Sequence record: NC_023693.1
Source: Escherichia phage phi92
Direction: 5' to 3' (one strand)
Length of the DNA stretch: 64,000 nt
Shown here: one piece after another, positions 9,556 through 18,877 of the stretch
Numbering within the stretch: position 1 is the first letter of the stretch
Layout: each line of letters starts with the position of its first letter
Notes under the pieces: generated by a model
The model's database searches: none
The model's input: only the letters and a program-made list of their open reading frames with translations
What the model was told of the DNA's origin: nothing
Translations under genes and position numbers: made by a program

Positions 9556-10653
9556 GTACCTGGAATCATCTTACGTAAACGGACACCTGTTGGTTTTGTA
9601 GGTATTCCACCATCGGAAAATTCTTCGTACTCTATTTCAACAAATTGACCAATAAGTGTCAAAGCATTTTCTTCTTTACGATAGTTAATGGTTTCATCTG
9701 AATCCTTACGCATCAGGAATTCGACTACTTTACCATTTTCCATCTCACCTGTCAATACCCCGTCACCATTTTTATCACGTTTTGCACTTACCACTTTAAC
9801 TTCAAGCGTCTGACGTGGTTTACGTTTAATAACATCATAAGAACGTTTATCAAACTCGTAAACACCTTGTGCGTTACGATACACCACACCTTCCGCTTTC
9901 TCACGTAGAGCTTTTGCATAGAAAGCATCAAACTGCTCTTGGTTTTCAATGTACTCTGTATGTACTACACAAATAAGTTCATCTAAACCTTTATCTTCAA
10001 CAACGTCTTTTAGAGCAGCCAAAACTTCAACCCTCTTCTCAAATGGTACAGATGGCACAGGAACATCATATACATAGTATTTAAGAAGCGGAGTGTTAGC
10101 ATTATGCTTTTTCCACGCACTATTAATTTGTTGAAGGCTAAGGACACCCAAACCAGCAAAAACTTCACCGTCAAGAGGATGACCAACTACTTCTTTAATG
10201 AAGGTTGGAATTTCTTTCCAGTGAGGTGGAAGTTTATATACTTCCCCAGCTTTAGATAAACATTCACCTTGCATGTTAATCATTGAACGTAGACCATTCA
10301 ATTTATATTGTGCATAACCTGGGAACAAAACACGATCAGCATAATCTTTATAATCCTGACATTTCATGGGTGTGGAAGGAACATGGTTTTCAGCTTCCTC
10401 TTTTGTTTTATAATACCCATTCTTAAGTTGTTTTGTCCATTTGGCAAGAGCTTCTATTTCAGCTTGTTCTTCTGCTGTTGTTTCATTTGAGCGACCAATA
10501 TTTTTAGGTTCTGCTGTGTAAGATTTGCTAGTAATCTTTCCACCTAATTGACCATGAGCAACAGTTACAACACTACCTTCGGTATAGACTGACCACTGTT
10601 TAATTTTACCTGTAGAAGTTTTACCATACAATGTAGGATTAGTTTGTTTCATC
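9537..10653 (-). CDS. ATP-dependent DNA ligase
   Basis: Nucleotidyltransferase motif I KLNGLR, motif IV EGVVYR, OB-domain tail; start set at internal ATG (MKQTNP) preceded by GGAGG. Confidence 0.8.
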
Positions 10654-10842
10654 TTTAACCTCCAGTTGCGAAAGAACCCATTTAGCCATTTCAATTTCAC
10701 CGTGTAGTCTGCCTAGTTCATAGGCATCATCAATATTACCACCAGTGTAATCATCCACCATAAAGTAAGGATCTTCACTACTGTTAGGCGCGTTTGCAAT
10801 TCTCGTTAGTTCTTCAATAAATGTCATAGTTAACCTTACCAA
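10639..10842 (-). CDS. hypothetical protein (67 aa)
   Basis: ORF overlapping ligase start. Confidence 0.35.
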   Translation of the reverse strand: MVRLTMTFIEELTRIANAPNSSEDPYFMVDDYTGGNIDDAYELGRLHGEIEMAKWVLSQLEVKDETN

Positions 10843-11060
10843 TTATACACAAGAGTTTGAATTTCTTCCATCAAATCTTCAAGATCTGTATCAACATATT
10901 CAGAAGATGTTGCCATAAAGTATGTAATCATTGTGAACCCTTCCGAAGAAAGGGCATCAAGGATATCATTAAACATATCTTCCATTTCAGTATTCTCACC
11001 AAATGAAAATAACATTTGTTGATCTTCGCTTACACCTTTAACATAGATAGCTGTGCTCAT
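10836..11060 (-). CDS. hypothetical acidic protein (74 aa)
   Basis: ORF only. Confidence 0.35.
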   Translation of the reverse strand: MSTAIYVKGVSEDQQMLFSFGENTEMEDMFNDILDALSSEGFTMITYFMATSSEYVDTDLEDLMEEIQTLVYNW

Positions 11061-11063
11061 ATA

Positions 11064-11384
11064 TTAATCCTTAAGACGTTCATTTAAATCTGCAATAACA
11101 TCACCTAAATCTTCACATTCCAGTGTTAACTCTGAAACTTGTCCACTCAAATAACAAACTTCTTCATTTAGATCTGAAATAATGTTTTCTAATGAATCTA
11201 CTTGGTCATCATATGAACGTTTTGTTTCTTCAAGTTCTTCCGTAAGATCATTAATCAAACGGAGCAAAGATAAGATATAACCGTCTCCTGTCTCGTTCCT
11301 CCACTCACTTCCGTAGCGATAAATAATAATTTCACCATTATCGACTACTGTAAAATACTTACCTTCACCAGAATAAATTTCCAT
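11064..11384 (-). CDS. hypothetical protein (106 aa)
   Basis: ORF only; coiled-coil-like acidic C-terminal half. Confidence 0.4.
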   Translation of the reverse strand: MEIYSGEGKYFTVVDNGEIIIYRYGSEWRNETGDGYILSLLRLINDLTEELEETKRSYDDQVDSLENIISDLNEEVCYLSGQVSELTLECEDLGDVIADLNERLKD

Positions 11385-11393
11385 AAACTCTCC

Positions 11394-11798
11394 TTATTGT
11401 AGCTTAAGTGAACTGCGAAGACGTTCCTCTTGCTGATCACGAATATGTTGTGGAACCTCATGAATTGAATCGTTACCGTGCCTATTCTCCACAACTAAAG
11501 AAATAACTTGATAACCAAACTCTTCAGCAAGAGTTAAATAGGGTTTAAGTTCTTTTTCTGTAGTAGAGGTATTAGAAACAATAATCTTTTCAACACCATA
11601 CTGCATATATTTTTGTACTTTGACACGACACCATTGGTGTGCTTTATGGATATTCTCTTGTTTCCACTCATACACACCATCTTCAGTGTAGTGGTATTGA
11701 TCTGCCTCACAAATAGGCCAATGATTTTCAGAGATAATTTCTGCTACTGTAGATTTACCTGCACCTGAAACACCACGTAAAATGATAAGTTGTTTCAT
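11394..11798 (-). CDS. polynucleotide 5'-kinase (kinase domain only)
   Basis: P-loop GVSGAGKST and IIVSNTSTT resembling the T4 Pnk kinase domain; no HAD phosphatase domain attached. Confidence 0.65.
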   Translation of the reverse strand: MKQLIILRGVSGAGKSTVAEIISENHWPICEADQYHYTEDGVYEWKQENIHKAHQWCRVKVQKYMQYGVEKIIVSNTSTTEKELKPYLTLAEEFGYQVISLVVENRHGNDSIHEVPQHIRDQQEERLRSSLKLQ

Positions 11799-12731
11799 TT
11801 AGCCTCCAAAGAAGTTTTCTATTTCTTTACGTCGCTCTTGTGGATCTAAAGCAGCCCATTGAGTCTTAGTAAAGTTGTTTCGAAGCCATTCTAGCAAAGT
11901 ATAATATTCTTCGTCAACAATTTGTTTAGCATTGTTTGGGTTGTCCCAAATCATATCCCACTTCTTATTGCCACCACGCATAAGGAATTTTTTAGCAAGA
12001 TAGTATGGTGACTTAATCTTTAACAGTAAGTTAAACGGGTAGTTTGTTTCACGAACAACAAACCCTTCGTGTTTACAATGTTTAGACATTTCAACAACAT
12101 CTGAAAATTTAATCATCGGATAAACTTCAGGACGTTTAAATTTTGTAACAGATGCAATCCCATCAAGAACACCTTCAGGTAACATGAAACTTGTCCCATC
12201 AAGATTTTGAATTCTTGCTCCAATTAAGTATGCGCCTGGTTCTTCTTCGACAATATGTGGGTCAGAAGGATCACAGATTTCAAAAAGAAAAGTTGCTTTT
12301 GCACTTTCTGTCCACTTAATGAAATACTCTATGTCGTCACACTCGGAAACAATACGGTTCTTTGCCATAATTGCGAAATCTGATTCTAGGCTCCCTGTTG
12401 TTGATACAACAAGTTTCCCTTTGTACACACCTACAGATGCCACAAAACCGTTTACTTTACGGACAGCATCTACAATTTCGTCTGCTGGAAGATCTGTACC
12501 ATTTTCAAAACGATTAAAGATTTTAGTAAAAGGCCAAATAACAACATTGTCTTCTGAGTCAACAACCAACCCACGACAATCTAAAAGTCGTTTGTCAACG
12601 TTCCACAAGTTATCCCAGAATACATTGTTTTTGTATTTAAGTACAGCAAGACCAGCATACTCTCCAGATTTAACTTCTTTTTTATGCACTAAACCTTTTG
12701 CAATCAGGTCATCACAATTGAACTTAGCCAC
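11799..12731 (-). CDS. RNA ligase (Rnl-type nucleotidyltransferase)
   Basis: motif I KVNGF, motif IV EGFVVRE, motif V LLKIKSPYY; adjacent to kinase and phosphoesterase. Confidence 0.7.
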   Translation of the reverse strand: MAKFNCDDLIAKGLVHKKEVKSGEYAGLAVLKYKNNVFWDNLWNVDKRLLDCRGLVVDSEDNVVIWPFTKIFNRFENGTDLPADEIVDAVRKVNGFVASVGVYKGKLVVSTTGSLESDFAIMAKNRIVSECDDIEYFIKWTESAKATFLFEICDPSDPHIVEEEPGAYLIGARIQNLDGTSFMLPEGVLDGIASVTKFKRPEVYPMIKFSDVVEMSKHCKHEGFVVRETNYPFNLLLKIKSPYYLAKKFLMRGGNKKWDMIWDNPNNAKQIVDEEYYTLLEWLRNNFTKTQWAALDPQERRKEIENFFGG

Positions 12732-12732
12732 C

Positions 12733-13284
12733 TTAATCTCCTTTGATTATCTTATGATGATCTACAACAATAATATCACGCTTATCCATAATAGAGATGA
12801 TTTCGTCAAAATGCAAGATTTTCCCGTGTGCATCCCAACCAACATCCAACATTTTCCCATACAAATGATCAGGGAATGATCCGTGAGAGTGTCCGTGTAG
12901 CATGATTGATCCATGCCCTTGTTTATTCCAGGCAGCCATAGGGTAATGACTTAAGACGAAGAACAGCTTCTGATATTTCACTTCGTCATAATACAAAACT
13001 TCTCCATACTCTGCAAGCACTTTTCTGTGTTTGCTGTAATCATGGTTCCCAACACAGTAAGTAATATCCCCTTGGAGACGGGAAGCAATCTTACGGGTAT
13101 CTTCTTCAGTCCCGAAACAGAAGTCCCCAAGATGGTACATCTTTACTCCTGGTGTTGTGGCACATTTATTCCATGCTTCGATCAGTGCTTCTGTCATATG
13201 CTCCATATCTTCCCACGGACGATATTCAGGAGCAAACTCTCGGATACGTTTGTGCATAAAATGCAAATCACTTGTAATAAACAT
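12733..13284 (-). CDS. calcineurin-like metallophosphoesterase
   Basis: SDLHFMH, GDFCFG, GNHD, HGHSHG metal-binding motifs. Confidence 0.75.
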   Translation of the reverse strand: MFITSDLHFMHKRIREFAPEYRPWEDMEHMTEALIEAWNKCATTPGVKMYHLGDFCFGTEEDTRKIASRLQGDITYCVGNHDYSKHRKVLAEYGEVLYYDEVKYQKLFFVLSHYPMAAWNKQGHGSIMLHGHSHGSFPDHLYGKMLDVGWDAHGKILHFDEIISIMDKRDIIVVDHHKIIKGD

Positions 13285-13646
13285 TAGTATAATCCCTCGC
13301 TGAATAGTTCACTGTTGTGACCATTTCTTTCGTAGTTAATTTGTTTGGCGTTATCTGCAATGATATAAGCATCTTTGCGACTCCACCAGTTATAATACTG
13401 ATCAATAAACCCTTGATTATCAGGTAAGCAAAACAGTTTATCGATCAATCCTGCATCTTTTAAAACATTAAGTTGTGCAGATAGTACAGGATTTGCATGC
13501 CTAACACAAGGAATAATTAACTCTTCGCCATTGTTAAGAATATACTTATTCGCAGCGCATACTATAACACGTTGAGCATAGTGATCCTCACCAATCCAAG
13601 TAAGAGGTTGGTAACAAATATCATGTTGATTAGTAGCGCACATCAA
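13284..13646 (-). CDS. hypothetical protein (120 aa)
   Basis: ORF only. Confidence 0.4.
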   Translation of the reverse strand: MMCATNQHDICYQPLTWIGEDHYAQRVIVCAANKYILNNGEELIIPCVRHANPVLSAQLNVLKDAGLIDKLFCLPDNQGFIDQYYNWWSRKDAYIIADNAKQINYERNGHNSELFSEGLY

Positions 13647-13801
13647 TTTTCTCCGTACTCTTTTAATCTATCAGCGAAAAAACTGTAATCAGGAAGTAAA
13701 AGATCATTACTCATATCGTTACAGTTTTCTTCCTCTTTATAGATAAAACGCCCTTCATCCTCTTCTTGCTCTGACCAAACTGAGTAATGCATAATACCTA
13801 C

Positions 13802-14143
13802 TTAATAATTAACACGTTTAATTTCAACACCATAGGATGAAATAAAATTTTCCTTAGCTAACATATATTTACCAGCAGCAGAAGGATTTGATGTATGAAC
13901 ATAGATAGTTTTAAGAGCATCCCATTCACCCGCGTACAACATACATTCTACGTCTAAGAACGCATGATATCCTTCTTGATCTTCTCCAAGATCATTATCG
14001 AAGTGTATCTCTGAGATATTATTGAAATTATCTTCATCTGAAACAAAAGATAACCAATCCTCAAAAGATTTTAACCAAATGGCATCCTCATAACCATAAT
14101 CTTTAGGATCTCTTAAATCGTCTAACCAAAGAATTTTAGCCAC
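13802..14143 (-). CDS. hypothetical protein (113 aa)
   Basis: ORF only. Confidence 0.35.
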   Translation of the reverse strand: MAKILWLDDLRDPKDYGYEDAIWLKSFEDWLSFVSDEDNFNNISEIHFDNDLGEDQEGYHAFLDVECMLYAGEWDALKTIYVHTSNPSAAGKYMLAKENFISSYGVEIKRVNY

Positions 14144-14337
14144 TATCTACCCCCTTCCTGTTTCTCTTCTTTCCAAGTTTTACCATTATCTACCAACTTC
14201 TTAGAAACAGCAAATCTTTCTCCATTGATATAAAACAAATAAAGAATAAAGGATTTTCCTATAGTTACAGTATCTGCTACTTCTACACGCTTTACACCTT
14301 GCATGTATTTGGCTTTACCTGAATAAATAAGAAACAT
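14143..14337 (-). CDS. hypothetical protein (64 aa)
   Basis: ORF only. Confidence 0.3.
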   Translation of the reverse strand: MFLIYSGKAKYMQGVKRVEVADTVTIGKSFILYLFYINGERFAVSKKLVDNGKTWKEEKQEGGR

Positions 14338-14615
14338 TACTTATTCCTTTTGTTGTTGATCACATCTAAAGCTGTGTAAGGTTTGTTTGTACCGCTGTAT
14401 TCAAGAATAATTGGTACATATTCATAGACCAACTCAAAAGTACCATACACAGAATCTGCAACTGAAATAAGCATTTCAGTGCCTTCGTCGTTCTTAATTA
14501 ATGAAAATCTTGCCCCTGGTTTATTGAGCACTTCATATTTCTTACCTGCTGTCAGCAAACCTGAATACCATTCATTTTGCACAACAGACAAACACTTCAG
14601 ATAAGTTTTTCTCAT
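14337..14615 (-). CDS. hypothetical protein (92 aa)
   Basis: ORF only. Confidence 0.35.
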   Translation of the reverse strand: MRKTYLKCLSVVQNEWYSGLLTAGKKYEVLNKPGARFSLIKNDEGTEMLISVADSVYGTFELVYEYVPIILEYSGTNKPYTALDVINNKRNK

Positions 14616-14953
14616 TTCTTTTTGCTCCTTCTTTTAGGCTTCTCGTATAAACCTAACACAGCCGATTCTTTTGCACAAATAGGAACTGACTTCATTCCTC
14701 GTTTTTTAGCTTCTGGTAGATTCAAAACCCACCAGCCAAACCAGTACAATTCATCTTCTGTGAAAGGATCTGCCATAGGATCTGCATCACGTGCTTCAAA
14801 TTTAGCAAGAGCTTCTTCTATCTTTTCTATTGGAGTATCAAAGACAAAAGCCTCTGTGTCAAATTTTTGTTTCTTAGGAGCGGCTTTTGCCGCCCCATCT
14901 TTAGATGCGCGCTTTGTTACGGATCGCTTCTTCGGTGTTTTCGCCATCAACAA
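14612..14953 (-). CDS. hypothetical protein with lysine-rich basic termini (113 aa)
   Basis: N-terminus TPKKRSVTKRASK and C-terminus KPKRRSKKK. Confidence 0.35.
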   Translation of the reverse strand: MLMAKTPKKRSVTKRASKDGAAKAAPKKQKFDTEAFVFDTPIEKIEEALAKFEARDADPMADPFTEDELYWFGWWVLNLPEAKKRGMKSVPICAKESAVLGLYEKPKRRSKKK

Positions 14954-15140
14954 CCTCCATGCGGTGTAAGAAATCTTGCTGGAATCGCCAATACTGTTGA
15001 CCAGTCCTTACATCTTCGTAGATCACAACAGGATCAAATACTTTAGATACACCCGCTGGTTTAGGAAAGCCAACTACACGATATAAACCGCCTTTGCTAA
15101 TACAAGAATATGTTACATCAGTTAAAATTTCTTTTTTCAT
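14901..15140 (-). CDS. hypothetical protein (79 aa)
   Basis: ORF only; overlaps upstream ORF. Confidence 0.3.
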   Translation of the reverse strand: MKKEILTDVTYSCISKGGLYRVVGFPKPAGVSKVFDPVVIYEDVRTGQQYWRFQQDFLHRMEVVDGENTEEAIRNKARI

Positions 15141-15334
15141 TTCTTAATAAACTCCAATACAGGTACGTGATCAGCAGTTAAAGTTACACAATTGTAACTT
15201 ACCTTTTCAACTTCAGAGAATGCTTCAACCCAAAGCAAGAAATTCTCTTTAGCTTCTTCATAATTCAATGTTGACTTAACAACATGGAACTCACCAAGAA
15301 TTACTCTATAGATTGTTTGCATAGTTTGATTCAT
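15137..15334 (-). CDS. hypothetical protein (65 aa)
   Basis: ORF only. Confidence 0.3.
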   Translation of the reverse strand: MNQTMQTIYRVILGEFHVVKSTLNYEEAKENFLLWVEAFSEVEKVSYNCVTLTADHVPVLEFIKK

Positions 15335-15400
15335 TTATTTTTCCTTTGTTTAAAATGTGTTAAACAATCGCAAATGCTTGTGACGCACTTTGTGATTCCA

Positions 15401-15769
15401 CTAATTAATGTCAGCACTATGATTGTTGAAAGTATAGGATACTCCATCGCCCAAGTCAACATGAATCTCAACTCCTAACTGTCTTTCTAATGGTAAACGT
15501 TTTGAGAATTGATAATTACAAAGTTTACAGTCTAAGTCAAGCAATTCATGTTTGCTTAAACCTGCAACGATAACTTTGCTTCCCGCTGTCCACTCAATAC
15601 CTTCAAAGTTATCTCTTCTTTTCAAAATGTCAAGTAAGAAGATGATTTGTTGCCATTCCGTAGACAAGTCTTCTTCATAGAACGCAGAACAAAAAGTTTT
15701 ATCATCGTAGAAAGCATACATTATGCCTCCATCTATTGTTTCACTTCTAACGTAACGTGTGACCCTCAT
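15401..15769 (-). CDS. hypothetical protein (122 aa); first gene of the leftward block
   Basis: ORF adjacent to divergent regulatory region. Confidence 0.4.
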   Translation of the reverse strand: MRVTRYVRSETIDGGIMYAFYDDKTFCSAFYEEDLSTEWQQIIFLLDILKRRDNFEGIEWTAGSKVIVAGLSKHELLDLDCKLCNYQFSKRLPLERQLGVEIHVDLGDGVSYTFNNHSADIN

Positions 15770-16110
15770 TATTTCCTCCTGTACGGCTCTGTAACGAGCT
15801 AATAGCCTCTAAGATATGCAATCACCTTACCTCACAGTAAAACTCGTTACAATCGTTTTTAGGAGGTTTAGGTTGTACTTAAAAATAATCTAAAAAGGTG
15901 TTGACAAACGCAAAAAAGTATGCTACCCTAACCCCCGAAAAACGCCGAGCGCAGCGAGGGGGTGTTATCTAATCTTGTGATACATGATCTAACAGACAAC
16001 TGAGTAGTCTACATATAGCACTATGTTATGTCTATAATACTAACATACATACTCTATACTAACAATAGATTCTTTATTAATTTTATTATTAATTAAATAA
16101 TAAATATCTA

Positions 16111-16139
16111 TTGACTTTAGATCTATCTGTATGTAGAGT
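16111..16139 (+). promoter_or_regulatory. sigma70-like promoter upstream of prs-like gene
   Basis: TTGACT - 17 nt - TAGAGT. Confidence 0.5.
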
Positions 16140-16178
16140 AGAGAACATAAAGTCCTAACTCAACTAAGGAGATAAACA

Positions 16179-17072
16179 ATGAAAGTTAGTATTCTACATG
16201 GTGTTGGCTGTTATGTTACTGATGTAGACGTTAAAGTCTTTACATTCTCTGGTGGAGAACAACATGTTCAACTAGACACGAATCTATCAGGTTTCAATCA
16301 TGCTACAGACAGAATCTTACTCTCTTTAGAAGTAAGATCTGCTAAAGACTTGATGACTTTGGTTATGACTAAGAATGCATTGGACAATATGCTATATCAT
16401 AAACCATATTGTGTTGATTTGCTCATGTTGTATGTGCCATATGCACGACAAGACAGAGTGTGTGAACCTGGGGAAGCATTCGGAGTTAAAGCATTTGCTT
16501 CTATAATTAATTCATTAAATTTCTCACGTGTTATCGTTGCTGATCCACATAGTGATGTTACTCCAGCGGTGTTTGACAGACTCTGTGTAATACCTCAAGA
16601 AGAAATTGCTTACGAAACTTTAAAGTGGAAGTTACGTATGGAGAATTTTGCTCTTGTTAGTCCTGATGGTGGTGCTCTTAAGAAAATATTTAAATTATCT
16701 AAGAAAATGTCTTTAGATGTGTTCTGTGCAGAGAAGGTTAGAGATACTGCAACAGGTGCTATTGTTCGTACAGACATTTCTGTACAGGATTTCAATAAGC
16801 GTAACCTGATGATCGTAGATGATATCTGTGACGGCGGTAGAACTTTTATTGAATTGGCTAAAGTGCTACGTGCTCGTAACGCAGGTAAGATTGAGTTATA
16901 TGTTACACACGGTATCTTTTCTAAAGGTCTTAAAGAGTTAAGTGAGCACTTTGACTGCATTCATTCTCTTAATGTGTGGGAAGATAACATCCAAGAAGAT
17001 TCCGGTGTTCTTGTTAAGAATCAGTCAGATTTGCAACAACAAATTGTATCTCCATACGTGTGGAATTTTTAA
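16179..17072 (+). CDS. prs: ribose-phosphate pyrophosphokinase family protein (PRPP synthetase-like; possible ADP-ribose pyrophosphokinase)
   Basis: PRPP-binding loop MIVDDICDGGRT, VSPDGGALKK, VIVADPHS; strong RBS AAGGAG. Confidence 0.85.
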   Translation: MKVSILHGVGCYVTDVDVKVFTFSGGEQHVQLDTNLSGFNHATDRILLSLEVRSAKDLMTLVMTKNALDNMLYHKPYCVDLLMLYVPYARQDRVCEPGEAFGVKAFASIINSLNFSRVIVADPHSDVTPAVFDRLCVIPQEEIAYETLKWKLRMENFALVSPDGGALKKIFKLSKKMSLDVFCAEKVRDTATGAIVRTDISVQDFNKRNLMIVDDICDGGRTFIELAKVLRARNAGKIELYVTHGIFSKGLKELSEHFDCIHSLNVWEDNIQEDSGVLVKNQSDLQQQIVSPYVWNF

Positions 17073-17082
17073 ATAATAAGTG

Positions 17083-17111
17083 TTGACAATAGGGAGTATG
17101 CTTAGTAAGAT
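17083..17111 (+). promoter_or_regulatory. sigma70-like promoter overlapping an 8-bp-arm palindrome, upstream of NAMPT-like gene
   Basis: TTGACA - 17 nt - TAAGAT; palindrome GGGAGTAT ... ATACTCCC spans about 17091-17116. Confidence 0.5.
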
Positions 17112-17143
17112 ACTCCCACACTAACAAACAAGGAGACATAACT

Positions 17144-18877
17144 ATGAATATTTTTGCACCTTTTGCTACTGATTGGTATAAACCTGGTCACAAGCAGATG
17201 TACAACCAAAATACAAAACTCATTTTCTCTAATTTAACTCCTCGTAATGATAAAAACTTTGCACACTATGCAGATCGTGAAGCACGTGGTGTGATTGTTT
17301 TAGGTATTCGTCGAGCAGTCACTGATGCTCTTGTAACTATGTGGGATAGCTTCTTTAAAATGTCTCGTAGTGCAGCAGTAAATAAATTTTATCGTATGTC
17401 TAAAAATGCATTAGGTGCTTCTGCTCCTTCTGCTGAATGTTGGGAAGAATTGCACGATTTAGGTTATCTTCCGCTAGAAGTTCGATCTCTGCCAGAAGGT
17501 GTTTTGTGTCCTATTGGTGTTCCTGTGTTTACTGTGCATAATACTTTAGAAAAATTCTTTTGGTTAACTAACTATGTGGAAACACTATTGTCAGATGAAA
17601 CTTGGAAGACAATGACTAATGCCACAGCAGCTTTTCAGTATAAGCGTATCGCTATGGCGTATGCGATGGCAACGTGTGATAACATTGATCACGTTAATTT
17701 CCAGTGTCATGACTTTAGCCTACGTGGTTTAAGCAATATCGAAGATGGTTATAAGAGTGGTATCGCTCATTTGGCATCTTTCACAGGAACAGATAACATT
17801 CTGGCTATTGAGACTGTGCATGATTATTATGGTATTGATTATGATCAGTTTGTTGCAGGTTCTATTCCGGCAACAGAACATTCAGTAGCAACGACTAACA
17901 TTGGAGCTATTGTTGAAGATCTGAAGAAACATTTCCCACATCTTAAAGATGATGTTGATGGGCTTCGTTATGTAGCAGAGAAAGAGTTTCTTCGCCGCTA
18001 TATTGAAGAAATTGTTCCAGAAGGTTTTTGTTCATATGTAGCAGATTCTTATGATTACTGGGCTGTCTTGACTCGCATTCTGGTAGAATTGAAAGAGTCC
18101 ATTATGTCACGAAATGGTCGTCTTGTTATTCGTCCAGATTCAGGAGATCCGGTTAAAGTTGTTGCAGGATACAATGTTGAATCTTTTGCTAACTATGAAG
18201 ACCTTTTAAATAATGGTATTGCTACAGCCACTGAAGTAGTTCATTTGGCTGATGTTAATAAGTATTACAATGTTCTTCAGGATTGCAGTGTTGCTGATTG
18301 TATTGATGAAACTTATGAGATTCCTTATTGTGAAGCAGTAGGTTCTATTCAAATCCTTTGGGAAGTGTTTGGTGGTACTATCAACCGAAAAGGCTACAAG
18401 GTTCTTGATCAGCACATCGGTATGATTTATGGTGATTCTATTACTGTTGAACGAGAATACGAGATCTTACGCCGACTGAAGAAGAAAGGTTTTGCAGCTT
18501 CCAATATTGTATTTGGTGTTGGTAGTTATACTTATCAGTTCAATACACGAGATACTTTTGGTTTTGCTGTTAAAGCAACAGGTAGTATCATCGGTGAACA
18601 CGAAATTTTGGTAAGTAAGGAGCCTAAAACTGATCCTGGTAAACGCTCTGCAAAAGGTTTTATTAAGGTTGTTAAGGATACAAATGGTAAACTTTCTCTT
18701 GTGGATAATCTTTCTTTTAAAGATATCCAAGATGAAGACAATGAGTTAAAAGTTATCTTCAGGGATGGTACGGTTATTACACCACAAGTAGAAGGACGTG
18801 ATGAAACATTTACTGATATCCGCAACCGTGTTGATGTAGAGGTTCTTCGTACTATGGGAACCATCCAGGTTGACTAA
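17144..18877 (+). CDS. nadV: nicotinamide phosphoribosyltransferase family protein (NAMPT/NadV-like)
   Basis: N-terminal FATDWYKPGHKQMY matches the NAMPT TDSYK region; 577 aa with C-terminal extension. Confidence 0.85.
   Translation: MNIFAPFATDWYKPGHKQMYNQNTKLIFSNLTPRNDKNFAHYADREARGVIVLGIRRAVTDALVTMWDSFFKMSRSAAVNKFYRMSKNALGASAPSAECWEELHDLGYLPLEVRSLPEGVLCPIGVPVFTVHNTLEKFFWLTNYVETLLSDETWKTMTNATAAFQYKRIAMAYAMATCDNIDHVNFQCHDFSLRGLSNIEDGYKSGIAHLASFTGTDNILAIETVHDYYGIDYDQFVAGSIPATEHSVATTNIGAIVEDLKKHFPHLKDDVDGLRYVAEKEFLRRYIEEIVPEGFCSYVADSYDYWAVLTRILVELKESIMSRNGRLVIRPDSGDPVKVVAGYNVESFANYEDLLNNGIATATEVVHLADVNKYYNVLQDCSVADCIDETYEIPYCEAVGSIQILWEVFGGTINRKGYKVLDQHIGMIYGDSITVEREYEILRRLKKKGFAASNIVFGVGSYTYQFNTRDTFGFAVKATGSIIGEHEILVSKEPKTDPGKRSAKGFIKVVKDTNGKLSLVDNLSFKDIQDEDNELKVIFRDGTVITPQVEGRDETFTDIRNRVDVEVLRTMGTIQVD

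Noticed and set aside
12319-12879. Plus-strand 186-aa ORF
   Set aside because: Antisense to the RNA ligase and phosphoesterase genes, Ser/Thr/Leu-rich low-complexity translation; shadow ORF.
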